A stretch of 64,000 nt of DNA, taken from positions 1 through 64,000 of IMG/VR virus record IMGVR_UViG_3300043786_000977. One strand, written 5' to 3'. Position 1 is the stretch's first letter. Each line of letters begins with the position of its first letter. The translations under genes were made by a program, and so were the position numbers. The notes under the pieces were generated by a model, which had not been told where the DNA came from, searched no databases, and saw only the letters and a list, made by a program, of their open reading frames with translations. Below, one piece after another: positions 1-9,499 of this stretch.

Positions 1-1687
1 CGAAAAGCGCGGCGGACCTAAGGCAGTAAGTACGTTCCTGAATACGTTAACCAGGAATCCCAAGTACGCCAACGCCGCCCTTACATTTTACCCATCAGTC
101 GAGTCCCTGTACGTGCATCAGTTCGCGCCGGAACTGATGTCGAAGCGTGCCGCGCAGATCCGTGTGACGACGCAGGTTACGGACTATGTCGACGGGGAAG
201 CTAAGAAGCGTTTAGTGCGCGATGGTTTTACGATCGTGGATACACGTCCCGAGGCCAGTAAGAGTGAAGCCTACGACATCGACTATGAGCGTCGTTTCAG
301 TAATCCGGATGCATCAGGTACCTATCAGGTATTGCTCAAGGACGGCCGGACAACCAAGGCCTGGATCTTTATGCCGTCGAACGCGGCCAAGAACGGCGCT
401 GCGGTAGTCGTGGAACAAGACAAGCTGATGTACCGTCTGGCTGAGCCGGGCGCTGTATACGTCCGTGACACGGCTACGGGCGATACGGCTGATGCGTATT
501 CCAAGGCTGTCTCGATCGACGATATGGAAATGAATACGGAATACGTCTTGATCGACGACAAGGGCCACTCGACTGGTCCGGTTGAAGTACGTGCGATTAT
601 TGCGGAAGACGGGAAACGCACTAAGTTACGTGTCAACTGGCATGGTACCTACGATATTGTGAGACGGCCGACCTACGGCCATGATTTCGAGACGTTGCAC
701 AGTCGCGGTTTATCGTGTGCACCTTGTTGTGGTTCCTGTGATGCAGACTACATCGAATTGGCTGACCACAAGGGTTCGATTTCTAAGTCGGGTACCGACA
801 CGCTTATCCTTCCGTCGAACTGGAAGGCTCTAAAGCTGTACGACAAGAACAAGGGTGAAAAGGTGGATTCGTACGAGTCAGAGCGTATACTGCGTGATGC
901 GTTCCAGTTAGGGACACTCGTAGATGTAACCGAGGCGATGACAAAGAACTCGTTCCACAAGTTGACAGTAGCCTCAGACGACCAGGGTCTAGAGTACTAT
1001 TTCCGTGTTAACGACAACTTTGCGACACGGCCGATGGGTTATAAGCAGGCGTACGTGAACCTGGTGACCCGCTTCGGGTTGAGTGTACCGGATGCAGAGA
1101 CTATGCTGACTGAGGCAGCCTCACAGTTCAAGTGTCGGCGTCTCGTCAAGGTCGCACAGATGCCAGGAGGTCAGATGGTAGGCGTGGATATGCCACAACC
1201 CAACGATCCGTCCGCGCAGATGGATCCGAATACGGGTATGCCGATGTACCAGATGCCTTACGAGCAACAGATGACAGGTAGCATGACAGGTATGCCGCCT
1301 ACACCCGACGGGAATCAATTTGGAATCAATATCGGTGGTGAAGCCGAAATGGATTCGGGTGCTCAGAATCTTGCAGCACAGGCGGGTCAACTCGGCCAGA
1401 AACATATCTTCGATCATGCCTCTATCGGCGGTTTGTCAAAGGTGTATGACACTGGTGCCGTGCTTGATTCTTATGTACCTGAGTTGATGCAATCACTTGA
1501 TCGCCTGGGTCGTATCCTCTTCCTGTATTACTGGAAGAACGAGGATTTCGCTGAGCGTTACGGGACTAACGATATCGCTGAAATGGAAGACCTGATTCGC
1601 AGTGTCTTTAAGAGTTTCGGTGAACTGGTACTCCAGTTGCGTAAGAAGGCTATCGACAAGGATGATGCCAATACAGTTGAGATGTGA
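1..1687 (+). CDS. Head-module protein of unknown function, 5'-truncated; carries K-x-A motifs
   Basis: Frame 2 is open from base 2 (EKRGGPKAVSTF...) into the 113..1687 ORF, so the start is outside the window. SKRAA and VKVAQ motifs, a Met/Pro/Gln-rich linker after VKVAQ, and a helical C-terminus. Confidence 0.75.
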   Translation, partial: EKRGGPKAVSTFLNTLTRNPKYANAALTFYPSVESLYVHQFAPELMSKRAAQIRVTTQVTDYVDGEAKKRLVRDGFTIVDTRPEASKSEAYDIDYERRFSNPDASGTYQVLLKDGRTTKAWIFMPSNAAKNGAAVVVEQDKLMYRLAEPGAVYVRDTATGDTADAYSKAVSIDDMEMNTEYVLIDDKGHSTGPVEVRAIIAEDGKRTKLRVNWHGTYDIVRRPTYGHDFETLHSRGLSCAPCCGSCDADYIELADHKGSISKSGTDTLILPSNWKALKLYDKNKGEKVDSYESERILRDAFQLGTLVDVTEAMTKNSFHKLTVASDDQGLEYYFRVNDNFATRPMGYKQAYVNLVTRFGLSVPDAETMLTEAASQFKCRRLVKVAQMPGGQMVGVDMPQPNDPSAQMDPNTGMPMYQMPYEQQMTGSMTGMPPTPDGNQFGINIGGEAEMDSGAQNLAAQAGQLGQKHIFDHASIGGLSKVYDTGAVLDSYVPELMQSLDRLGRILFLYYWKNEDFAERYGTNDIAEMEDLIRSVFKSFGELVLQLRKKAIDKDDANTVEM

Positions 1688-1694
1688 GGGTAAT

Positions 1695-2360
1695 ATGACA
1701 ACATTTGAAGTATATATTTACGGCATGGTTAAGGCGTGCGAAGCACGTGGTGTAGACCCGGTCGAGGTCATAAAGACTGCTGCGCCTTTCAGTACGCCAG
1801 AATGGGAAGCGAAGCAACGGGATGCGGATGCACTTACCCGCGGTTGGAATAACCTAGGGCGCGGTATTTCGACTGCGTGGAATAGTGCGTCATGGCGTGG
1901 TGCCGGGCATGCCCGGGAATGGCAAGACAAAGTACAAAAGAGGGATACGATAGGGGCGGGAAATGACCAGATAGCAGTTGCTATGCGCGACAGAGAGTTC
2001 AGGGAGAACAGGGCTGCACAATTGCGCCAGCTTGCGGAATTGAAAAAGGAACCCAGCACGAATTCGTCATCTACCAGTGGATCTCGTATACCGGGTGGTG
2101 ACATATTCTATGATCCACAATACGGACGTGCTTCGGGTCGGTACGAGTATGCACCGACCCGTCCGTATATGACGCCCATGACTAATCTCGATGGCACTCC
2201 GCGGCCACCACCAGTACAGCGTCCGCCCGTGTCGCCCCTGCCGCCAGCGCAGCCCCCAGCACCAGCGGCACCTACGCCGCCAGCACCAGTGGCACCTACG
2301 CCGCCAGCACCAGCGGCACCTACGCCGCCAACACAGCTGCCTAAACCTGTGGTGCGCTAA
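1695..2360 (+). CDS. Putative internal virion protein with N-terminal leader (YGMVKAC...IKTAA) and Pro-rich tail
   Basis: ATG at 1695 follows a GAGGG RBS just after the upstream stop. The track start at 1602 overlaps the previous gene. Confidence 0.7.
   Translation: MTTFEVYIYGMVKACEARGVDPVEVIKTAAPFSTPEWEAKQRDADALTRGWNNLGRGISTAWNSASWRGAGHAREWQDKVQKRDTIGAGNDQIAVAMRDREFRENRAAQLRQLAELKKEPSTNSSSTSGSRIPGGDIFYDPQYGRASGRYEYAPTRPYMTPMTNLDGTPRPPPVQRPPVSPLPPAQPPAPAAPTPPAPVAPTPPAPAAPTPPTQLPKPVVR
2256..2327 (+). repeat. 3 x 24-bp tandem repeat encoding PAPAAPTP
   Basis: ccagcaccagyggcacctacgccg repeated three times. Confidence 0.9.
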
Positions 2361-2363
2361 TTT

Positions 2364-3341
2364 ATGCAAATTGGTAACACAATCATTACGACACCTGAGG
2401 ATCATCCTACACAGTTTGATCCTGCGTGGCGTAGTGCCGTGGCTGCGGCCTTAGCTGATAACCCAACAGCCGTTATCTCGGCCGATTATATGCAGTATAA
2501 GAGGGATGAGTGGATCAAGGAACATAAGGCGTACCTGATAGCGACGCGCACCCCGAATAGGGTGTTGTCCAAAGATCAGAAGGCGTTACGTCTGGCATCT
2601 CGGTTCTACCAAGGCAATCGGTCGAGTGATGTAAAGTTTAAACTCGAACCTCTTCTACTTACTGCGGTACCAGTCCCTATCATTTCACTGGATATCGGTG
2701 GTGGTCAGGTAGATCCCCAGGTGTTTGAGGCTTATGAGCGGTTATATTTCAACATACGATTGGACGACGGAAGTCTGCATCCTTCATTTCATATCAGGGA
2801 GTATTTTGCAATGCCACAAGGACAACCGAACCCGGAAACCCCAGATGAAGTTTTATGGCGTGTAATCGCAGCCCACATGGGTTATGATGTACTTGTTTCA
2901 ACATGGTTGTGGACAAAAGCGCACGGATTGAGTAAGTTATCTCCCAACGTATTGATGCAGTCGCTATGGACAGCGGCACAGGCGACACAATTTTTGGAGA
3001 TATTCGGAAAACGGGTTAGCCACTTCAACCTGGCAGCGTCTATGAAGTCATGGACCGATCAGGAACGAATGTTACGTGAAGCGGGTACTGTAGGTGTGGA
3101 GCAGAATGGTCAATCACAACTTTTGTTGAAATTCTTGAATCTATGCGCTCCGGAGATATTGCAGGTGGCACGCGATGTTGACGCGAATAAAGTTAGGACT
3201 ACCGAGATACAGAGCCGGCTTCTGTCTCAGCGTAACGTGACGAGTCAGTCAGTAGTTGACCACGGAGCAGATATCGGAATCGAGGGTCTCACGAAGTTGA
3301 TAGAAGGACAATTCAAATCAGGTAAGCAAATGGAGCAATAA
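2364..3341 (+). CDS. Hypothetical protein (head module)
   Basis: 325-aa ORF packed 2-3 bp from both neighbours. Confidence 0.75.
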   Translation: MQIGNTIITTPEDHPTQFDPAWRSAVAAALADNPTAVISADYMQYKRDEWIKEHKAYLIATRTPNRVLSKDQKALRLASRFYQGNRSSDVKFKLEPLLLTAVPVPIISLDIGGGQVDPQVFEAYERLYFNIRLDDGSLHPSFHIREYFAMPQGQPNPETPDEVLWRVIAAHMGYDVLVSTWLWTKAHGLSKLSPNVLMQSLWTAAQATQFLEIFGKRVSHFNLAASMKSWTDQERMLREAGTVGVEQNGQSQLLLKFLNLCAPEILQVARDVDANKVRTTEIQSRLLSQRNVTSQSVVDHGADIGIEGLTKLIEGQFKSGKQMEQ

Positions 3342-3343
3342 CC

Positions 3344-4825
3344 ATGACGACAAACGGACCATTTAAGGATAGACTGATGACGGCGCTGCACTCGGCAGTG
3401 GGCTACTTCAATCAGGACAACGACCCCAATGCTGCAGTGGTGAAGGCAGCCCACGATGCAGATTTTAACGTGGATCAGACAACGCGTCTGGTCGAAATGT
3501 TTAATACGGCACGTACCTTGTATCACTACAAGAACGCGTCAGACAGAACAGCGACCTTCACCCTGGCTGCTGCAGACGAGGTACTACCTATGTTGTTCGC
3601 GGTACCAGTAACTGTTGCAGAGAAGGCCGCGGCAGCGGATTATAGCACATACGAGCAGCGGGAACAGAGTTATCACGAAGCCGATTATATGGCTAAGGCG
3701 GCTGCGAGCATAAACGCACCGGTTGATGCGTCACTGTCTATGCAGGCTGTGGCTGATCAGGCTATGCGTGCGTTGCGTAATCTGCGACAGACGGCCAAGA
3801 TCGCTGAGGATGAGGCACGTATCGCCGGGCATAATGCGGCGCGTACGTTCCAGAAACTCGCTTCATTATTCGCTTACGGTGCAGATCGCCGCGTACTTGA
3901 AGATCGTTATGCACGACTTGTCGTAGGACACAAGGACGGCGAGTGGCAACCTGTGATTGTTAAACTTGGTGAATTCGTGCCCGCCCATAATAAAGCACCT
4001 GAAGCAATGTTCACCAAGTATGCACGGGTGTATGTCATTGACGATCGCGATCTGCACCCACACTTGGAACTTATGAAAGAGGCCCGGGACTGGATGCAGG
4101 CCGAAGCAGAGATGTTGGCTGCGTCCAGCCAGTTTACCAAGGAAGCCGATGACTTCGAACGTGAGTATCTCGTCGAACTATCCAGTTTTTTTCCACTCCC
4201 GGCCGCGCCCGGTCTCGCTTCGTTCATACGGCCTGAACTGATTAAAGCAGCCTTCGTACCGAACCCAGGCGGTGGACAGCAAGGCGGTGGACAGCAAGGC
4301 GGTGGACAGCAAGGCGGTGGAAAGCCAGGCGGTGGTCAGAAAGATAAGCCGGATAAGCCAGAAAGTGATAAACCCAATCGTTGGTTCACGACTGAACCCT
4401 ACGGCCTTGATGCTGTTCCGTCAGCGTTGTCTGACGGCATGAAACTGTCCCCTGGATCAATCAATGTCGAAGTGGAACGTGCATTCACGGAACCGATAGC
4501 ACGTAATAACCAGGCACTGAGCGAACGGTTAAAGAATGTCCAGCGATCCATTATGCTTCAGGACCTAATGGTGAACGATCCAGTATTATCTGAGGAAGCT
4601 CCCGAGGCTGTGGCGCAAGCGTATAGCGCGATGTTGCAGTTGGCCCCGGAGATGGCAGGTAACAAAGAAGTTGCGCGTGCCGTGTTGCGCCAGATGGTAC
4701 ACTCAGTTGCGGTCAGCCCGTACGATGCTGATATCTGGACGAAGCTGGAAGGCAATATCCGTAACCTACGCGGTAAGGGTGCGCCTATACCGCAACAACA
4801 GTCCGCTGGTGGAGGTAAACGATGA
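3344..4825 (+). CDS. K-x-A-rich putative prohead core/internal protein
   Basis: 493 aa, Ala-rich helical, about 11 K-x-A motifs, GGGQQ low-complexity linker after IKAAF. Confidence 0.7.
   Translation: MTTNGPFKDRLMTALHSAVGYFNQDNDPNAAVVKAAHDADFNVDQTTRLVEMFNTARTLYHYKNASDRTATFTLAAADEVLPMLFAVPVTVAEKAAAADYSTYEQREQSYHEADYMAKAAASINAPVDASLSMQAVADQAMRALRNLRQTAKIAEDEARIAGHNAARTFQKLASLFAYGADRRVLEDRYARLVVGHKDGEWQPVIVKLGEFVPAHNKAPEAMFTKYARVYVIDDRDLHPHLELMKEARDWMQAEAEMLAASSQFTKEADDFEREYLVELSSFFPLPAAPGLASFIRPELIKAAFVPNPGGGQQGGGQQGGGQQGGGKPGGGQKDKPDKPESDKPNRWFTTEPYGLDAVPSALSDGMKLSPGSINVEVERAFTEPIARNNQALSERLKNVQRSIMLQDLMVNDPVLSEEAPEAVAQAYSAMLQLAPEMAGNKEVARAVLRQMVHSVAVSPYDADIWTKLEGNIRNLRGKGAPIPQQQSAGGGKR
4268..4339 (+). 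repeat. 15-bp tandem repeat encoding GGGQQ
   Basis: ggcggtggacagcaa x3 plus two degenerate copies. Confidence 0.9.
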
Positions 4826-5178
4826 ACATACGTGTTTTTAAGAAACTGGACAACGGTGTTTACCAGATATCCGTGCATACGATGGATTGGAGTGAGGCTG
4901 ATAAAGCATTGATGGTAAAATACGGAGAACCCACGATAGACCTGGGCGGTTCATTCGTAGGTGAGACTCCGTATCTGGAATACATACTATCCACCAAACT
5001 CGTGCTTATCATGTCTGAATCCCCGTTTACGCAGCGTTTCGATTCCCGCGATGAAATCGATGCAGATGACCGGGCGACGTTGTGGAAGACCACCATAGTC
5101 GAACGTATCACATCTGAGTTGTTGAACTTACGGGCGAATGCTGATACATTTACAGGTGAAGAGGTAACGACCGTATGA
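4822..5178 (+). CDS. Hypothetical protein
   Basis: 118 aa, GGAGG RBS, ATGA overlaps at both ends. Confidence 0.75.
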   Translation: MNIRVFKKLDNGVYQISVHTMDWSEADKALMVKYGEPTIDLGGSFVGETPYLEYILSTKLVLIMSESPFTQRFDSRDEIDADDRATLWKTTIVERITSELLNLRANADTFTGEEVTTV

Positions 5179-5834
5179 TTAAACAAGCAGACATGAATCA
5201 ACTTCTTGCCGGCCTTAAAGATAAGGCATCACGTGGCGGTGCAGATATCAGTAAGTGGTATGCACGCTTGGATCCTGCAATGAAAGCTACGATCCAGCGC
5301 GGGCTTATCGGCGCTGCAGGTGGCGCGGCACTCACAGGCGGTATCGCGGCGGCTACACCACGCGACCCTGAGGATAAGGGCGGGGTAGTGGGACCGGCCC
5401 TGCTTGGTGCGTTGCTGGGCGGCGCTGGTGGTGCCCTGCTCCCGTATGGCGCGAAGATGCTTTCCGGCGGCGCTGGTGCGGGGGACACAAACAAACGGCC
5501 TATGGGTGCACGTGCGTTTGAGACCGTTACTGCGCCACTGGCTTGGCACCCGCTTATGTTCGGAGGCGGTATATATGGTGCCGCTAAGGCACGGCCTATC
5601 ATTTCCGAAGCAATGAAAGCCACGAAAGCATACAGGGCACAAGGTGGTAGTGGGCTGCGTGGTGCAAAAGAAGTCTTGTTCAACGGGTCCCATCCATTCT
5701 GGGCTAAGAAGCAGGTGATGGATGCCGCAGGTAAGGGCTGGTTAAAAGGTTCGCCGCGTGGCCGCTTGGCCATGCTCCCGTTGCTGGCCGGCCTGGGTTA
5801 CGCGGGCGATAAGTATTTGAAGGGGGAATGGTAA
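5175..5834 (+). CDS. Glycine-zipper membrane-type protein starting MIKQA
   Basis: Several GxxxG-rich hydrophobic segments (GLIGAAGGAALTGGIA; ALLGALLGGAGGALL), basic composition. Confidence 0.7.
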   Translation: MIKQADMNQLLAGLKDKASRGGADISKWYARLDPAMKATIQRGLIGAAGGAALTGGIAAATPRDPEDKGGVVGPALLGALLGGAGGALLPYGAKMLSGGAGAGDTNKRPMGARAFETVTAPLAWHPLMFGGGIYGAAKARPIISEAMKATKAYRAQGGSGLRGAKEVLFNGSHPFWAKKQVMDAAGKGWLKGSPRGRLAMLPLLAGLGYAGDKYLKGEW

Positions 5835-7249
5835 TGAGTGGCATGCTTAAACTCATCTACTCGTCAGCATTCGACAGCGGTGTTGACGTAGCAATGCGGA
5901 TCATCGAAGATCCTGCAGCACTGACTAAATCTGCTGGTACCGTATTCGGTCTCGACTACGATAAGCTACGTCCGGACGATCAGCATGTCGGTATCCACGT
6001 GACTGCATTAGGTGCGTTTGAGCGTTACGGTGCGAATCGTAATGGCGACTCATTCCCGAAGTTAGCGTGTGTCAGGTACCACGACACGTTCGTTAAACAC
6101 GGTGCGCTGTTCCGACATCATCGAAACAAGGATCGTGAAAAGAACCTGGGTTCGATTAAAGCGTCGGCTTGGAATCCAGTAATGGATCGTATCGAGTTAT
6201 TCGTTCATGCTAATAAGGAGCGGGCTGCAGATGAACTGACCCGGTTGGAGAAGGAAGGCGAGATACCTTTTTCCATGGCATGCAAAGTCGCGTTCGATCG
6301 TTGCAACCGCTGTAACACAGTACGTAAGAATGGCAGCGATCCACGCCAGTGTGATCACGTCAAGTACGAGTTGGGCAAGATGGCCGACGACGGTACTGTT
6401 ACGTGTACACATAACGATGAACCGGATTTCTTCGACATCAGTTTCGTAGGGCGGCCGGCCGATCGTATTGCGTGGCATCTTAAAGTTGCGGCAGGCGAAC
6501 TGATTGACTCGATAAAATTGGCTGATGCAGAAGGACTGTGGATACCTGATTATATCGCAATCGAGTCTTCAGCAGGGCAGGTTAAGTTAGCGCATTTGAA
6601 GCGCCTGGTCGCAGCACAGCAGATGTACTACGGATGGTTTACAAAACAGGCAGCAATACAAACACCAAAGGACCGCTATTTCTACGAGTTGAGGAAAGCG
6701 GCAGGAGTATCGTTAAGCGATGAAGTATTGACGAAGTTGCGTGAATACGAGCCTGCGGTTACGTTTAATGCTCTCGCACGGGCGGGTGTAATTTTGGACG
6801 TACCGTCATTCTTCAAGTATGCAATGGGTGATACGTATAGCGAAATCGCGTCATTAATCGATACGATAGCAGCGACAGTCCCTGTAGTTCTTGATACGGC
6901 GGTGAAGCAAGGTGACTGTCAGAGATTGTGTAACGACTGCACGTTTGATGTAGCAGCAGATAGGTCTACACAGATACCGAATGGCTTACTTACTAAATTG
7001 GCTGGGGCATCTTTGGTTGGTCCTTGTCGGGATGAACGGATTATCTCCGTTACCCTGGATGGAAATATACCAAAGTTTGCTGTTGACAAAGAACAACGAA
7101 TGGGGTTTAATATACCTGAAATAGTGGTGTTGGCGGAAAAGTATGCCGCCTACAAGTTATCAGCCCTAACGGCTGTGCTTGGATTCCACAAAGATACTGA
7201 TGTAGATTCACTGATAGCTATAACGGCTACACAGAATCTAGTGAGATAG
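5834..7249 (+). CDS. Prohead (capsid maturation) protease with Cys/His zinc-binding insert and K-x-A-rich C-terminal extension
   Basis: NRNGDSF, FRHH...LGSI, FSMACKV.FDRCNRC...CDH and FFDISFV..PAD motifs match HK97/assemblin-fold phage proteases. Lies upstream of scaffold and capsid. TAATG overlap gives start 5834. Confidence 0.7.
   Translation: MSGMLKLIYSSAFDSGVDVAMRIIEDPAALTKSAGTVFGLDYDKLRPDDQHVGIHVTALGAFERYGANRNGDSFPKLACVRYHDTFVKHGALFRHHRNKDREKNLGSIKASAWNPVMDRIELFVHANKERAADELTRLEKEGEIPFSMACKVAFDRCNRCNTVRKNGSDPRQCDHVKYELGKMADDGTVTCTHNDEPDFFDISFVGRPADRIAWHLKVAAGELIDSIKLADAEGLWIPDYIAIESSAGQVKLAHLKRLVAAQQMYYGWFTKQAAIQTPKDRYFYELRKAAGVSLSDEVLTKLREYEPAVTFNALARAGVILDVPSFFKYAMGDTYSEIASLIDTIAATVPVVLDTAVKQGDCQRLCNDCTFDVAADRSTQIPNGLLTKLAGASLVGPCRDERIISVTLDGNIPKFAVDKEQRMGFNIPEIVVLAEKYAAYKLSALTAVLGFHKDTDVDSLIAITATQNLVR
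7083..7111 (+). promoter_or_regulatory. Sigma-70-type promoter inside the 3' end of the protease gene, facing scaffold/capsid genes
   Basis: TTGACA-N17-TTTAAT. Confidence 0.6.
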
Positions 7250-7266
7250 TAACAGGAGCGACGATT

Positions 7267-8502
7267 ATGGCAAATCCAACATTGAAACAGATCCTCGATG
7301 ATACACGTCGGCTGGTAGCGTCGAAGCAGGCTAGCGCGACGAAGGCAGGAGAGATTGCAGGACAGGCGCCGAGTTCAATGCCTGGTTCAGAACATGACAG
7401 TGCGGTACCGGCTGAACACAAGAAGCCAGATGCCGAGACCCGCGACGGTACCATGGTACCCGCGTCTGGTTTAACGACAGCAGGAGCTGGTGATGACAGT
7501 ACGATAACACGCGGTCACGCCCTGGAATCTGACGAGGCGGCAGAGACACCCGTGAAGAAGCCAGCGATTACGGCGGACGCTAACGCAAAGACAGCAGAAG
7601 GTTCGGCGACATTAGCCAACGAAATTCTGTCGCTCGTGCGTTCAGTGCAGAAGACTGCAGCAGCCCCCAAGGTTGTCGAAACCCCCAAGGTTGTCGAAAC
7701 CCCCAAGGTAGCCGCAGCCCCCAAGGTCGTAGCCAAGCAGGTTACAGCGCCTGAGGTCACTGCAACACCGAAGGTCGCGGCAGACGACTTGAACATGGAA
7801 CTGACGACTGACGTTATGGCCAAGATCGCTGCAATCATCCTATCGACGGAAGAGGGTGCACGCGTGACCGAGAAGATCTTGCAAGAACAGGCCGGCGCCG
7901 AGATGGCCCGTGAGACACTTGGTTTCTTGGCAAAGCAGTCGGAACTTGCTGAGAAGCAGGCTGCGTTTGAACAGGGTCAGGCGGACGCCCAGGCAGCGAT
8001 CGATCGGGCGTTGTATGCAGCAGGATTACGTGCGGGACAACAGAAGCAAGCTTTCCGTAAGTTGGGTCAGGCTGCGGCCGACGCCAGCATGGGTGAGCTC
8101 ATGGGTGGCGCAGGCGGCGATGCAGGTGGCGATCCGATGGCGGGCGATCCTGCGGCCGGTGCAGCCGAGGGCGATCCTATGGCCGGCGGAGAAGGTGGAG
8201 AAGGCGGCGAGATCACGATGGAAGACATTGTGGCAGCCCTCGAGTCCATGGTCCAGGATGGTTCGTTAAAGCCTGAAGATGCACAGCAATTGCTGACCGA
8301 ACTCACGAACGGTGCAGGCGGAGACCCGGCGGCCGGTGCAGACCCGATGGCCGGTGCTGCGGGTGCGGAAGGTGCAGACCCGATGGCCGGTGCTGCGGGT
8401 GCGGAAGGTGCAGACCCGATGGCAGGCGCGGAGGGCGCTCCGGCCAATAAGGCAGCGGCCATGCTCGATGTAATTCGCCAGCTGCAGAAATCAAAGGCTT
8501 AA
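7267..8502 (+). CDS. Putative scaffolding/core protein
   Basis: Acidic, Ala/Gly-rich, low complexity, about 9 K-x-A motifs, between protease and capsid genes, AGGAG RBS. Confidence 0.6.
   Translation: MANPTLKQILDDTRRLVASKQASATKAGEIAGQAPSSMPGSEHDSAVPAEHKKPDAETRDGTMVPASGLTTAGAGDDSTITRGHALESDEAAETPVKKPAITADANAKTAEGSATLANEILSLVRSVQKTAAAPKVVETPKVVETPKVAAAPKVVAKQVTAPEVTATPKVAADDLNMELTTDVMAKIAAIILSTEEGARVTEKILQEQAGAEMARETLGFLAKQSELAEKQAAFEQGQADAQAAIDRALYAAGLRAGQQKQAFRKLGQAAADASMGELMGGAGGDAGGDPMAGDPAAGAAEGDPMAGGEGGEGGEITMEDIVAALESMVQDGSLKPEDAQQLLTELTNGAGGDPAAGADPMAGAAGAEGADPMAGAAGAEGADPMAGAEGAPANKAAAMLDVIRQLQKSKA
7666..7737 (+). repeat. 18-bp tandem repeat encoding PKVVET/PKVAAA
   Basis: Four cccaaggt-initiated 18-bp units. 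Confidence 0.8.
8335..8423 (+). repeat. 36-bp tandem repeat encoding GADPMAGAAGAE
   Basis: Two exact copies plus a partial third. Confidence 0.9.
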
Positions 8503-8545
8503 GGCCTGCGGTTCCTGTGGTGGCCCATGTAGTAGGAGGACCGCT

Positions 8546-8902
8546 ATGGATACAGTAACACAAGAATTGTTGGTCAAGACGGCGGCGTACATCGAACGTA
8601 CGCAGCCCTTGCTTGATTCACAAAACGAACAGCGAACAGCATTCACGAAACGAGCAACACAGGCAGCCGGTGTGCTAGCACACCGCGGTATCATTGATAC
8701 GCGCCGTGTCAACGAATTCGTTGACAAGGTAGCAGCAGATCCGACAGCTGTCTGGGAGTTCGTCGAGAAACTGGCAGCAGTAGTGCCAGCGGACACGTGG
8801 GGCGAAGCGGTGCGTCAAAAGGTCGCATCGAGTGGTAAAGTGGATCCATTCGAACGGATATTTTTCGGCATCGGTGCCGAGAGATCCGGAATGGTAGATT
8901 AA
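8546..8902 (+). CDS. Small K-x-A-rich head/core protein
   Basis: 118 aa; 5 of 6 lysines are in K-x-A; AGGAGG RBS. Confidence 0.75.
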   Translation: MDTVTQELLVKTAAYIERTQPLLDSQNEQRTAFTKRATQAAGVLAHRGIIDTRRVNEFVDKVAADPTAVWEFVEKLAAVVPADTWGEAVRQKVASSGKVDPFERIFFGIGAERSGMVD

Positions 8903-8915
8903 CAGGAGAAAGACT

Positions 8916-9458
8916 ATGGCATGGTTTAGTCCAATAAAGGGTGGGTATCCGGGATTGCAACAGATCGATAAGACTCTAGCAGTAGGGTCTGAAGAGACTG
9001 GCATTGTTCGCGGATCGTTGGTGTATGTGGATGGTAGCGGCACGGCGCCCGTGTTTAAGTTAGCGGGTGCAGCGCAGGCTACAGATCCTTCGGCCTATAT
9101 CTATTTCACGCTCGTCGGTCAGGATGATTTCCAGGCTGGCGCGGCGGGAACGATTGGGCAGGGTCCTGCAGGTGGGTCGGCGCGTATTACGGCATTGGCC
9201 GTCGGTCAGCCCATGGAGTTCCAGACAGATCAGTTCGATGCAGAGGGTGACTATGCAGTTGGCACGCTGTTGACAGTCGGCGCCGACGGCAAGTTGACAC
9301 CACAGACTACCGGACAGAACGTTGTAGCGCAGGTTACAGCCGTTCCGTTTGAACGCTGGGTGAATGATGCGGTAGCCGTGGCCGGCCGCCGTACTGGTGC
9401 GTTGCTTGAGGTTATCAACGCCAGTACAATGTGGATTCCGACATTGACCGTGTCGTAA
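8916..9458 (+). CDS. Putative capsid decoration/cement protein
   Basis: 180 aa, beta-rich, with a YAVGTLLTVGADGKL motif typical of decoration proteins; directly upstream of the capsid gene. Confidence 0.55.
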   Translation: MAWFSPIKGGYPGLQQIDKTLAVGSEETGIVRGSLVYVDGSGTAPVFKLAGAAQATDPSAYIYFTLVGQDDFQAGAAGTIGQGPAGGSARITALAVGQPMEFQTDQFDAEGDYAVGTLLTVGADGKLTPQTTGQNVVAQVTAVPFERWVNDAVAVAGRRTGALLEVINASTMWIPTLTVS

Positions 9459-9499
9459 TAGAACGAAATAGGAAATAATCTTTAAGGGAGAATGGACAT

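Noticed and set aside
113-3341. Portal or terminase assignment for the first genes
   Set aside because: No Walker motifs, nuclease motifs or recognisable portal features; left as hypothetical.
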